A DNA stretch of 64,000 bases, from the NCBI GenBank assembly GCA_907165135.1, contig OU015569.1, positions 8,866,001-8,930,000 of the forward strand, written 5' to 3'. Positions 1 to 9,569 of the stretch are shown here, in pieces. The notes beneath the pieces are model-generated. The model was given only the letters and a program-made list of their open reading frames with translations. It had not been told where the DNA came from and made no database searches. Origin of the DNA: Oikopleura dioica. Lineage: Eukaryota > Animalia > Chordata. The position numbers and the translations under genes are program-made. Each line of letters begins with the position of its first letter. Position 1 is the stretch's first letter.

Positions 1-467
1 TTGTTGGTGATAAGACCAGAGAGACAAATGTAACTAGCAATAGCGACTGATGAATTCACAATTCCAAGTGCGCAGAAAGAGTCCCACTCATCATCACTTT
101 TCAACGGGTCTTTTGATGTTTTAGAGATTTACTGCAAGAAATGTGTCGCGAGACCAGTGCCCATCTTTTTTTCTACTAACGTATTTCCATCCTTCTTTTA
201 AATTGTCTTTTACACCTCTTGGGAGCCTCTGTCTCCGATGAATCGCTGATGAGCGGCTCTCAAGCTCATGGAGACCATGTGACACGTAATAGAACACCAC
301 TACAGACAACTTAGTTAGCATTAAATATCATTTAGCGTTATCGTCATTACAGATACAATTTCGAATAGACATTATCTTCGAATTCACACTTATTTACTGT
401 TATAAAATAAGCGGAAAGGTAACTTACCTAAGCACGCTATGGAGAACTCTACTTTCCCGTGTCGCAT
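1..467 (-). CDS. 5' part of a gene for a probable type II membrane or secreted protein; runs off the left edge
   Basis: ATG at 467. Exon 1 MRHGKVEFSIACL, GT-AG intron 300..427, then in-phase exon VVFYYVSHGLHELESR...DTFLA. N-terminal hydrophobic segment followed by a basic stem. Family not recognised. Confidence 0.45.
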
Positions 468-1007
468 TCTTTATTATTTTTCCTGTTTTCTTTTCTCTAT
501 CTAGCTGTGGATCAGCAGCGGGGAGTAGGCCATTTGAGCAGTGCGGTAGTCGATAACGCACTATCGTGACCTTCAACTCGAGATCATAGTAAACTCAACA
601 CTTAAAATGTCCACGCACTAATTTAGCCTACTGGTATACTCAGTACTAGACAGATGATATTTTTGTAGAAAAAGAGGAAGAGGAGATGTCTAACTCATTC
701 ATTGGAGCATCATTTTATCATCTTCAAATATGATCAAGCCGAATTTTAAATAGTCTTCACATGCTTTCAATGTTACAATGTTTTCAGAAGTCTCTTATAT
801 TTATTCTCGCGCGATAAAGATTTATACAGTAGGGTCGGCAATGCATCATATTGCAGTATCAATTCTGAGCTTTCATGAACTGAGGTTATTCCACCGGAAA
901 GCGGCGGAGAGGCAAGACACGACCAAACATAAATACAAAACTCGTTTTCTGTCACACTCTTTCAGCTATAAAGATTATTTAGTTTCTCATTTAGATCAAA
1001 GTAAAAT

Positions 1008-3393
1008 TTACCTAGATGTACCTTCATTATTTTGGACGTCGACATTTATTTCTGGGGATTGAACTGGAGGAATAGAGTTGAATTCGGATGATAACGTATC
1101 AGTGTTGATATAGATTGGAACCTCAGATGCTTTGAAACGGGGCAGCTTGAGACCAAACTTGTGTTCGATACCGGCATAAGTAGCAGCGGCAACCTTCATG
1201 CCGCCGACATGATCTGGGTTGATTGGTGGCAAATCCGCTACGTGGATGGTCTTTGGCTTGTGAACGGAACCGATGGGCTTTGAGGACGAAAATGACATTC
1301 CTAAATTCATGATTCGTACATTACATTAGTCGTAAGAATTACCTCGTTCCTGGAAGAATCGCTGGAGCAATTCGTAGACGAAGAGAGTCACCGCAAACTG
1401 AGGAGGAGATCGAACCATTCTGAGACCTGCTCCTTTCCAGAGTGCGTTGAAACCTTCTTCTTTCCAGATTCGAGCACCTGTTCTTATTAAACCCTTGTAA
1501 GGCTCAACTCCTTCGGGTTGTTTAGCCTAAATGTATTGTTAGTTTTGGGATTTGACGATCATTCATACCTGAAGACGGGTTTTAATAACATCAGCAGGGG
1601 TAGTAAGACCAGCGGCGGGGAAACCAGCGAGGAAACCGGCCAAGAGCGCGTACTGGATTGGCAAGTGACCATCTTCTTCTGAAAGTGCCTTCTTCAAATG
1701 AGCATAAGCAGGAAAGTAGATTGCCGAGAAGGGAATATCTCGCAAAAGACAGGCAGAAGCACCAACGTAAAGCCTTTTCACGCCGACGTCTTTGAAGGTT
1801 CCAGCCAAACTGGCAGTCTTATCAAGCTGCATTCGGATTTTAATGATTTCAAGAGGGTTCGTAAAAAGAACTTGGCAACCTCCAGCAACACCACCGGCGA
1901 CAATTTCGAGAGGGACGGGAACGACATCGTCTTTTCGGAATAAATCTCGCATGAAATCGTTAACTGTGAGTTTGATGGCTTTTTCAGGACCAACGCCAAG
2001 GCACTGAGCGGCGATTCCGTTGTAGAGCGCCCCAAATCCTTCGTACTGAATGACTTTCTTGGCGCAATCTGCATAGCCGTTGTACATCATCGTCGTCGCC
2101 GCCCGCGTTTCTCCGATAACATTTCGCTGGTTTTGAACGCGCGTCTTCACGGAGTCAATCGGGTAGACCACCAAAGTACCAGCGATACCAGCAATGACAC
2201 CGAGCCCAAATCGGTAAACCTGTTCAGCAACATAAGAAAATGCAGTTCGTTCAGCGATAGTTTCTTTTTGCTGTTTCGATGATATAGGAACTCTCTTAAA
2301 ATCAGTTGAAAATGGTAAATATGGTAATATTAATGGTAAAAATGGTAGAAAAATTTCTATTAGACTATCATTTGTAAAAAAAGCTTTTCTATATCAGTTC
2401 CTGAGAGGCAATATTGTAAGGGAGGACACCTTCTTCGAAAGGAGTGACTCGTTCAATGTCGGTGAGAGTGATGAATCCTCGGGGCTCGTAAAGGTCAGAC
2501 ATTGTGAAAAGGATTTCGACTTCCATCGGGGTCAGCTGAGAGATTCGCTGCGCAGCGATCATAAATTCAACTTTGGTACACTCGTATGTTCGGTCGCGGC
2601 CAGAGAGAGACTGATAGATTCTACGCACAAGTTCCATGTTCTTCATCAGATTGTGAAAGGCGGTAAAGAAAGCGTAGTTGACATTGTGTCCCTTGTTGAA
2701 CACCTGTGCCAAGGCTGTGAGATGGCTGGTGGTCCAGGAGGTCAGTTGGAAAGGTTGAATTTCAGTCATGATGGCGGCAAAGACTGAACGGGCGGATGAA
2801 AGTGATGCAACTCAGTGGCCTAGCTTACCGTCAGGAGTAACAAAGCCGTTACGTAATTTCCGCTGCTGCCAAAAGGCTTGCTTCGAGTATTCCTGGAGAT
2901 AGCCCTGGATGAACTCGGTGAATTCGTCGTAGTTGAGCTGATGCTTGAAGTCGGAACCAAAGAACAGCTTCACGTAGTCTGATTCGAAGTTGAAAGCTGG
3001 CAGTGCCTGGTCTGTATTCCTAAAAACGTCTTACTTCTATAGAAAGCGTGCTAAAACGCACCTGAGAACAACTCGACTCATGAGGTCTCGCACATTGTCG
3101 AGAGAAATAGAACCCGATCCGTCCTGGTCGAAGAGCTGGTAGGCAACTCTGAAGAGCGAATCGGGCAAGTTGAGAGTAGTTTCGAAAGCGTAGAACTCGC
3201 CCCGCGAGATCCGTCCGTCGCCCGTCGTGTCGATGGCGCTGGCAAGGAGAGCGACCGTTTCTTCGCACTTGATCGGCAGGCCGAGATACTCGACGAGGAA
3301 GTCGGAAGGAGTCATGTAGCGCTGCGAGCCTTCCTCAAGACTGGCATACCGATTGAAGATCTCGTCAAGCTCTTCAATAGTGGCGCGTCGCAT
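1008..3393 (-). CDS. SLC25A12/13: Calcium-binding mitochondrial aspartate/glutamate carrier (aralar/citrin family), multi-exon
   Basis: N-terminal EF-hands ([25 protein letters not shown]). Carrier motifs [30 protein letters not shown]-terminal NPDHVGG...[15 protein letters not shown] matches the citrin tail. Introns join in phase, one is GA-AG (2295..2400). Start codon is approximate. Confidence 0.95.
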
Positions 3394-4463
3394 TCGTTGA
3401 ACATCGATGTCTTGAAAGAACTTTAATTTGCAATCAGAGAAAGCGTCAGATACTCGACGGATGAAATCCTAGACCTGGGACCTCCATCCAGGTGCCAGGG
3501 AAAATTTTGGGCTTGCATTGCATTGAGGTTTTGAGGGAGTTCTAAACTCTGTAATGTTTTTACTGTAAGTCAAGGGCCAAAAGAACCAATTCTTTGATCG
3601 GTCGCCGAATTCGAGTTTTCTCATGCTATTTGTGCTAGAATTTAATTGTCGGTGCTCCTGCTAAAGAATTGGTCCTTATTAGCTCTAAAACTAGATCATA
3701 TCGATGAACTTGTAAGTGCACTTGAACTTAATTCGAAGAGTGATTTCGATTCTGTCTCATACCTGGCATGTCGCGTTTGCTATTACGATTTCTCTCTAAA
3801 AATGTGTTGTGAAAGTTTTTTCTTTGTTTGAACTTGTATCGTTTTTTTTTTTGTTTATTCGCCTGCGAATTCAATTCTTCAGGCAAATTTTCAATGCTAG
3901 TTTTATAGGCACACAGGGCAGCCCTATCATGGGCTGCCGTTGCGCAATAACCACCCCAAGTGATTCTGGTAACTTTGAGCTAACTACTTTTGAATCAAAT
4001 TTTTCACCCCTGATGAGGCTACTCAACCCTCATATGACTAGAATTAGGTCGCAGATTTTCAAATTATGATATGGTATAGGATCAAGCATAACAATTATAA
4101 TCAATAAAACGTCGAACTACAGGCAGATTAGTCAAAACTCATTCTTAGGTAAACAAAGAACCCGAGGAGTACGATAAATTTTGTAGGAGATAGAAAAAGA
4201 GTACATAAAAGTAAGTTTCTCTGCTTCTTTCGATTACGGTTTCCCTGAGGAGTTCTACAAATGAGTCAGATGAGAAGACCCCCAGGGCCAATCGAAACCT
4301 TTTCCGTCGTGAGAAAAGTATTTCAAAGAGCCAAAAAACAAAGAAATCGGTGCCTAAAACCGATGACTAACAGCGATATCGATCTGATAAAGGCTTTAAG
4401 TACCTGGGCATGTGAATTATGTAAGCCAGGGCTTATGTAAGTCTACTAACTCAAGCGAGAGCA

Positions 4464-5060
4464 GATGAATTACCATAAGAATTTTTTGGGCAGAAAATTT
4501 CTTTTCGAGTTATCACTATATTCTGAAAGCCCGCATCAGAATTAGTGGATTCCCAAATTTCTAGCGCCTAATGACGTCATTATGACGTCATTTATGATGA
4601 ATTAAGGTTAAAAAAAGGCCCTAAATGATGAAACTTTTTAACCGTTTCTGACATAGATTTTGTTTGAAATTCATTTTTTTCTTTTTGGAATCTTGTTCAG
4701 CATGAAAAACTGAACAATCACCCAGCAAAATTTCATCGAACCGACCGGTTTTATTTTTAACCGGCGAAATTACCGGTCGGTTAACTACGATATCGGACGG
4801 TGTAATGTCGGGTGATTATTCAGTTTTTCATGCTGAAAAATATTCCGAAAAGAAAAACACGAATTTCAAACAAGAACCCTCTCAAAAACGGTTAAAAAGT
4901 TTTGCCTATCTTGATGATAAAATCATCTTTTCTGACGTCATAATGACGTCATCGGGCGCTAGAATTTTGGGAATCCACTAATTCTGATATGGGCTTTCAG
5001 AATAAAGTGATAACTCGAAAAAAAAAATTTTCGGCCAAAAAATTCTTATGGTAATTCATC
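4464..5060. mobile_element. Foldback/MITE-like element: about 600-bp imperfect palindrome with possible 4-bp TSD (AGCA)
   Basis: Left arm GATGAATTACCATAAGAATTTTTTGG...GGATTCCCAAATTTCTAGCGCC...CAGCATGAAAAACTGAA pairs with the right arm ending CCAAAAAATTCTTATGGTAATTCATC. Pairing continues to an inner AACCGACCGGT/ACCGGTCGGTT stem. AGCA lies at 4460-4463 and 5061-5064. No ORF. Confidence 0.85.
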
Positions 5061-5799
5061 AGCAATAACTCAAGTCCCGCTGCTCGTAAATGAAACTTTC
5101 AAAAGAATGTGCTATTCAGAATGTTTCATTTTTTTGAGAATAGATTCACTTTTCAACAATTCAGTTTTCAAAATTCATCAGGCGGAGCCGCTGGTAGAAA
5201 CAAAAAATGGACCTTTTGAGTCAATATTTAACTTCGCCATTCATAAAGGAAGAAAAAAAATCCTTTGCATACTGAATATTACTGATGATGTTCGAGATAA
5301 TGACTTTGATGACTCGGTATCATTGATCGGACTCACCAGATGATTCCTCTTGAACGACGCATTTTGCCAGCCCCTGTGGTGTCATCCCACAGTCTCCTTT
5401 ACTGCTGAAGATGACTGTTAGACAAATCGACAAAGCTCGAGCACAAACAGATTCAAATACAGTATTCTAGAGAAAATAAATATAAATCTGCTAAAATTCG
5501 TTTCCGTCGACAGGGAAATAAATAAACTTTGCGGTTAGTTTTCTCGCTCTCGGTCTCTTTTTTTCTGCTGAAGGAATCGTAAAACTCAACCTGGAGCAGT
5601 TTTGAACACGGTTATCCGACGTGTTCATGACACTGGGCGCCCAAGCGAACCTTCAAAAGCCGCCTACAGTTCGGACAGGCAAAAATTTAGACACTTACAA
5701 AAGATGAATTATGCCCGCTAATCACTGCCGCAACGCGCACTGGGCAATTGAAAATTGATTTGAAAAACGATTTGTTTTCTCTTTTTTGTGCAGACTTAA

Positions 5800-6177
5800 G
5801 GGGGGTCGACGAGAATCGGGATTTCCGTGACCAAAAATGCGGGAAAACCTGAGTAGATAGGCAAAATCTGATTTTATTGGTGGATAGAAAAGGGTTGAAA
5901 AAATCAGGCGGCGAAAACTAGAAAAAATTCTGACCAGAAAAAATCGGTCAAAAATCGACTCAAAGTAGGGCCATTTTCGCGAAAATGCACTAAAAATGAT
6001 CAATTTTTTTACAATTTTGCTCATTTTACCCCCTAAATCTAATTTTTATCAAATGATTTTAGGCTCAACAGATTCAGGAGGATCTGTAGATTCCAAAAAT
6101 ATAAGATTCGTATCCAGACTATGAGTATAAGCGAAATTACGATCTCGCCGGAAAAATTCTCGTCGACCCCCCCCCCC
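5800..6177. mobile_element. Non-autonomous DNA transposon (MITE) with TTAA TSD and G-rich TIRs, Kolobok-like
   Basis: TTAA(5796-5799) GGGGGGTCGACGAGAAT ... ATTCTCGTCGACCCCCCCCCCC TTAA(6178-6181). GG..CC termini with a TTAA TSD fit Kolobok rather than piggyBac (CCC..GGG). Confidence 0.8.
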
Positions 6178-6451
6178 TTAAACTTGTTAAACGATTATTA
6201 TCATCAAATATCATCAATTTTATCACGCTAGACAGGAAAGAATAGAAATAATAAAAGGTTCGCTGTAATAACAAACGCATTTACACTGTAAATTTTATAG
6301 TTCTTGTTTTACCTCATAGTCATTTAGATTGTCAGGGAGGACATTTTACAATAAAATCAGGCGAATGAATTGAAATCGGAATTATTTCGCCAGCAACGCA
6401 TGAAAAGTCAAATTGGAATAAACACTAGAAGATGTCGTGAGTTATAGATTT

Positions 6452-6760
6452 ATTGAGGAATACACGAAGTCGTTAGTGTTATGGATACTTCCACAGTCGA
6501 GAAAAACGTTGTTGTCATAATCGTTATTTGTATCGAGGTGAAAGTCGTCGTCGTTTTTGTTGTGGACTCGAGAGTTAACTCAATTGATTTAGCTGTCAAT
6601 GTCTCCTGAGTTGATGCCCTGGTTGTTGTAGTCGATTGGCAATCGACGATTGCTCAGTAGTCAAGGAGTTTGCTGTGGTCATTAATCCTTCCTGAGTTGC
6701 TACATTCACTTGGGTTGTGCGAGTGAAAAATACTTGGCATTCTGCATCGACCCGAACATT
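6452..6760 (-). pseudogene. Thr/Ser-rich mucin-like coding fragment interrupted by a 14-nt frameshifting insertion
   Basis: Frame TTANSLTTEQS continues as STTTTRASTQETLTAKSIELTLESTTKTTTTFTSIQ only if 6633..6646 is removed. No clear start codon. Confidence 0.35.
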
Positions 6761-6853
6761 CCTAGTTCTTGCTTCGCGAGTTGAAATTTAAAAATATTCT
6801 TTCATTTTTTAACATATGTTATTCATAATAAACTCTAGAGATCCGCGGAGACA

Positions 6854-6927
6854 GGCCCGATGGCTTAGTTGGTTAAAGCGCCTGACTAGTAATCAGGAGA
6901 TCCCGAGTTCAAATCTCGGTCGGGCCT
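6854..6927 (+). tRNA. tRNA-Thr-AGT: tRNA-Thr (anticodon AGT)
   Basis: Acceptor stem GGCCCGA/TCGGGCC, D-arm with TGGCTTAGTTGG A-box, anticodon arm CCTGA-CTAGTAA-TCAGG, T-loop GTTCAAATC, followed by an oligo-T Pol III terminator. Confidence 0.97.
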
Positions 6928-6998
6928 TTTTGTTTTTTCGATCTTCAGGTTACGTCATTTTTGCGTCAAGTTGATCGAAAACAGTAAACGAAAAAACG

Positions 6999-9508
6999 AT
7001 GCTATCCCGTCGTTTATTTAGAAATAGCGTTCTTCGCAACGTTCGTTTTTTGCGCAGTTCTAGTGCGAACAGAGATCTTGACCAGAAAATGGACTTGAAG
7101 ACAATTCGCCCCGCGTATAATGACAAAAACGACGGCTTCACTGATGAAGGTATGTATTTTTTCTTTGAAAGAACTTATCCTCTAGAATCTAGTAAAAACT
7201 GCATGCGAAAGGGAAGTAATACAGATTTAACTTACAGAAAGTATATTTGCGAGTATGAAAAACGGAAACTATATGTACATCAGCAGTCAGTCAGTCAATT
7301 TATGTACAGTTGTGATGAAGTAGTCTAAAAATCGCCTATTGAGGCAATTTCCGTCGGGCTGGTCTGTCCATTAGCGGTAGTGTCGGAACAAAAAGATTTT
7401 AGGTTTGCTGTCAGAAGGATGAGTTCTTAGTGAGAGAATGGAACGACGCCGATGGTGACGCACTGGCCCATGCCGTTGTTTCCGTACCAATCGTCTTCAA
7501 GACCGATCTAGAAAAATAAATTAGAAAAGTGGGCCTCGTCTCAGCGAACCTCGTATTCTTGGTAGTCGGTGAAGTAGTGAGCGTCGTCGATGTTGACCTT
7601 GTTCCAGGCGATGTCGCCCCAGACGTTGTTTCCGTCGGGCTGGCTTGTCTTGGAGCAGAAAGTGATGAGAGTATCCCAGCTGGAGCAGTAGTCGTTGTTG
7701 ATGGACTAGATTACTTTGAGAGGGAATCTTTTTGATCTACTTACGATGAATTCTCGATCAAGACCCTGTCGGTAGTGTTGCCAGATGAGTTTGGCGGCCA
7801 TAGATCGCATCAGGTCGTTCTTGAGAGTAAGATCCTTAGCGGAGACACCGAACTTAGATCCGATCTGGTCCATGACTCGTGGCTTATCACCAGCAGTGTT
7901 CCATGGTTTTCCGAACTGGTTGAGAGCGCCGCATTCGCCGTTCTCTTCGCAGCTAAAGATTTCATTATATTTGCATAAAAAATAAACTGTACCCTTCGGC
8001 GTGAGAAGTGAACCAGAAGACGTGTCTCTTGTCGACCTTGATCATATGCTCGATGGCTCGGTTGACCTGAACACCAATGGCGGATCGTTTGGTGTTGTTG
8101 TCGGAGATGATCTCGTTTCGGCAAGCCTTAGAGCCGACCAGACCATCGACCTCTTCTCGGCAACCAGAGTACCAGTGGTCAAAGCACGATCGCATATGAG
8201 TTCCATTCTCGATGCTGTTCATCTGCATGCAGTCATCAGAGGCCTCGTTGTTGTTGACGACGACAAAGACCCATCCGTCAGTGGGCCAAAGGCTCTGGAA
8301 GTAGGAGAGTAGAGAGTCGGCAACTTCTTTGTTGGAGGTGATAGAGGGGTCCTGGGCGAGAAGTCGGGCGGCGACTCGCTTGAACTCGACCTGCCAGTTT
8401 TCTCGTGGCTCTCGGGCGAGTGGTCGTCGAGACTCGTGTGTCTTAACGTGAGTAGGGTTTGGCTTCTCAACATTTCCATCGACATCGGGCTCGGCGACGT
8501 AGTCAACGAAATTGTCTCGGCACCACTGGTAGGTAGTTCCTCCGGGTGGGCATTCGAGAGGACCGCTGCCGGTGCACGCGTTGATAGCGGTGGCAACTCC
8601 CAAGAATGCAGCACTTACGATCAGCTGAAATACTCAAGTTACAATCTATCAAAATTACTCTCTATCCTGTTCGTTTACCTTCATTTTTGTGACAGAGAAT
8701 ATGCGAGGAAATATTCTTCAAGTAGGAATCGACATCTTTGAAATTCTCACAGACTTACGTAAATATAAGCGATTGCCAACTGGAGCTGCCCATTCGATCT
8801 CTTTGGAGAATGGATAAGCCTTGCTGCGAAAGCTCTAGAAGAGCCCAATGCAATGACAATCGCTACAGTAGACTCTTCTGGTCGACCTTCTGCAAGAGTA
8901 GTGCTTCTCAAAGAATTTTCCAAAGAAAAGGTTTCATTTCATTGACTCTCATCAAAACTTAATGTCTTCAAGGGCTTTGTGTTTTTCACGAATTACGAAG
9001 GGAGAAAAGCTCAGGAAATTGCAAATAACAACAACGTTGCTCTCGTGTTTTACTGGGCAGACATCCACAAGCAAATAAGAATCGAAGGTACTTTTTCTAT
9101 CAGTTTTGCACTTTGACTGTTATATTTTAGGGAAGGCAACAAAGGTCCCTCTAACTGAATCTGAAGATTATTTCAAATCACGCTCGAAAGCGTCGCAAGC
9201 GGGATCCGCAGCATCGCCTCAGTCAAAAATAGTAGAAAGCCGAGAATGGCTGTGGAAAAGAAACGAAGAATTTCTGGAAAAAGATTCTATTCCGATGCCC
9301 AACTGGGGAGGTTATAGCGTTGACCCTGACTGGATAGAATTCTGGCAAGGTATAAAACTGCCGAAGAATGTTTTTTAAATATTTTCTTGAAGGGCAAAGC
9401 AATCGACTCCACGATAGAGTGGTCTTTTCAAAACGAGGATTCGAAGAAGACTCAGCGTTCATTAAAACGCTTAGCGATGGCTGGCAAAAAGCTCGACTCG
9501 CACCTTGA
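6999..9508 (+). CDS. PNPO: Pyridoxine/pyridoxamine 5'-phosphate oxidase, 5 exons, long intron 1 (7150..8769)
   Basis: Mitochondrial-type presequence then [10 protein letters not shown]. Motifs [62 protein letters not shown]. All introns GT-AG and in phase. Confidence 0.95.
7427..8684 (-). CDS. Uncharacterised secreted Cys-containing protein nested antisense in PNPO intron 1 (candidate house/oikosin-type protein)
   Basis: ATG AAG micro-exon, then [13 protein letters not shown] signal peptide. About five exons joined by short introns (the junction near 7690-7740 was not resolved precisely), ending ...[15 protein letters not shown]. Strong C-ending codon bias. Confidence 0.8.
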
Positions 9509-9569
9509 ATTAGTCAAATTGTCAATAAACCGGGTTCTCTGGTTTTCAAGATGAATATGTTCCTGCATA

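Noticed and set aside
5415-5430. TCGATTTGTCTAACAG on the minus strand resembles the 3' end of the Oikopleura spliced leader as I recall it
   Set aside because: It is not followed by a GT donor, the rest of the leader is absent, and it sits in an exon-like open frame. Likely chance.
7348-7643. 15-bp direct repeat TTTCCGTCGGGCTGG at 7348 and 7629
   Set aside because: Isolated, with no extended homology or TSD context. Cannot be distinguished from chance or a tiny duplication.
7529-8741. Plus-strand ORFs overlapping the nested gene
   Set aside because: Antisense shadows of a codon-biased minus-strand CDS.
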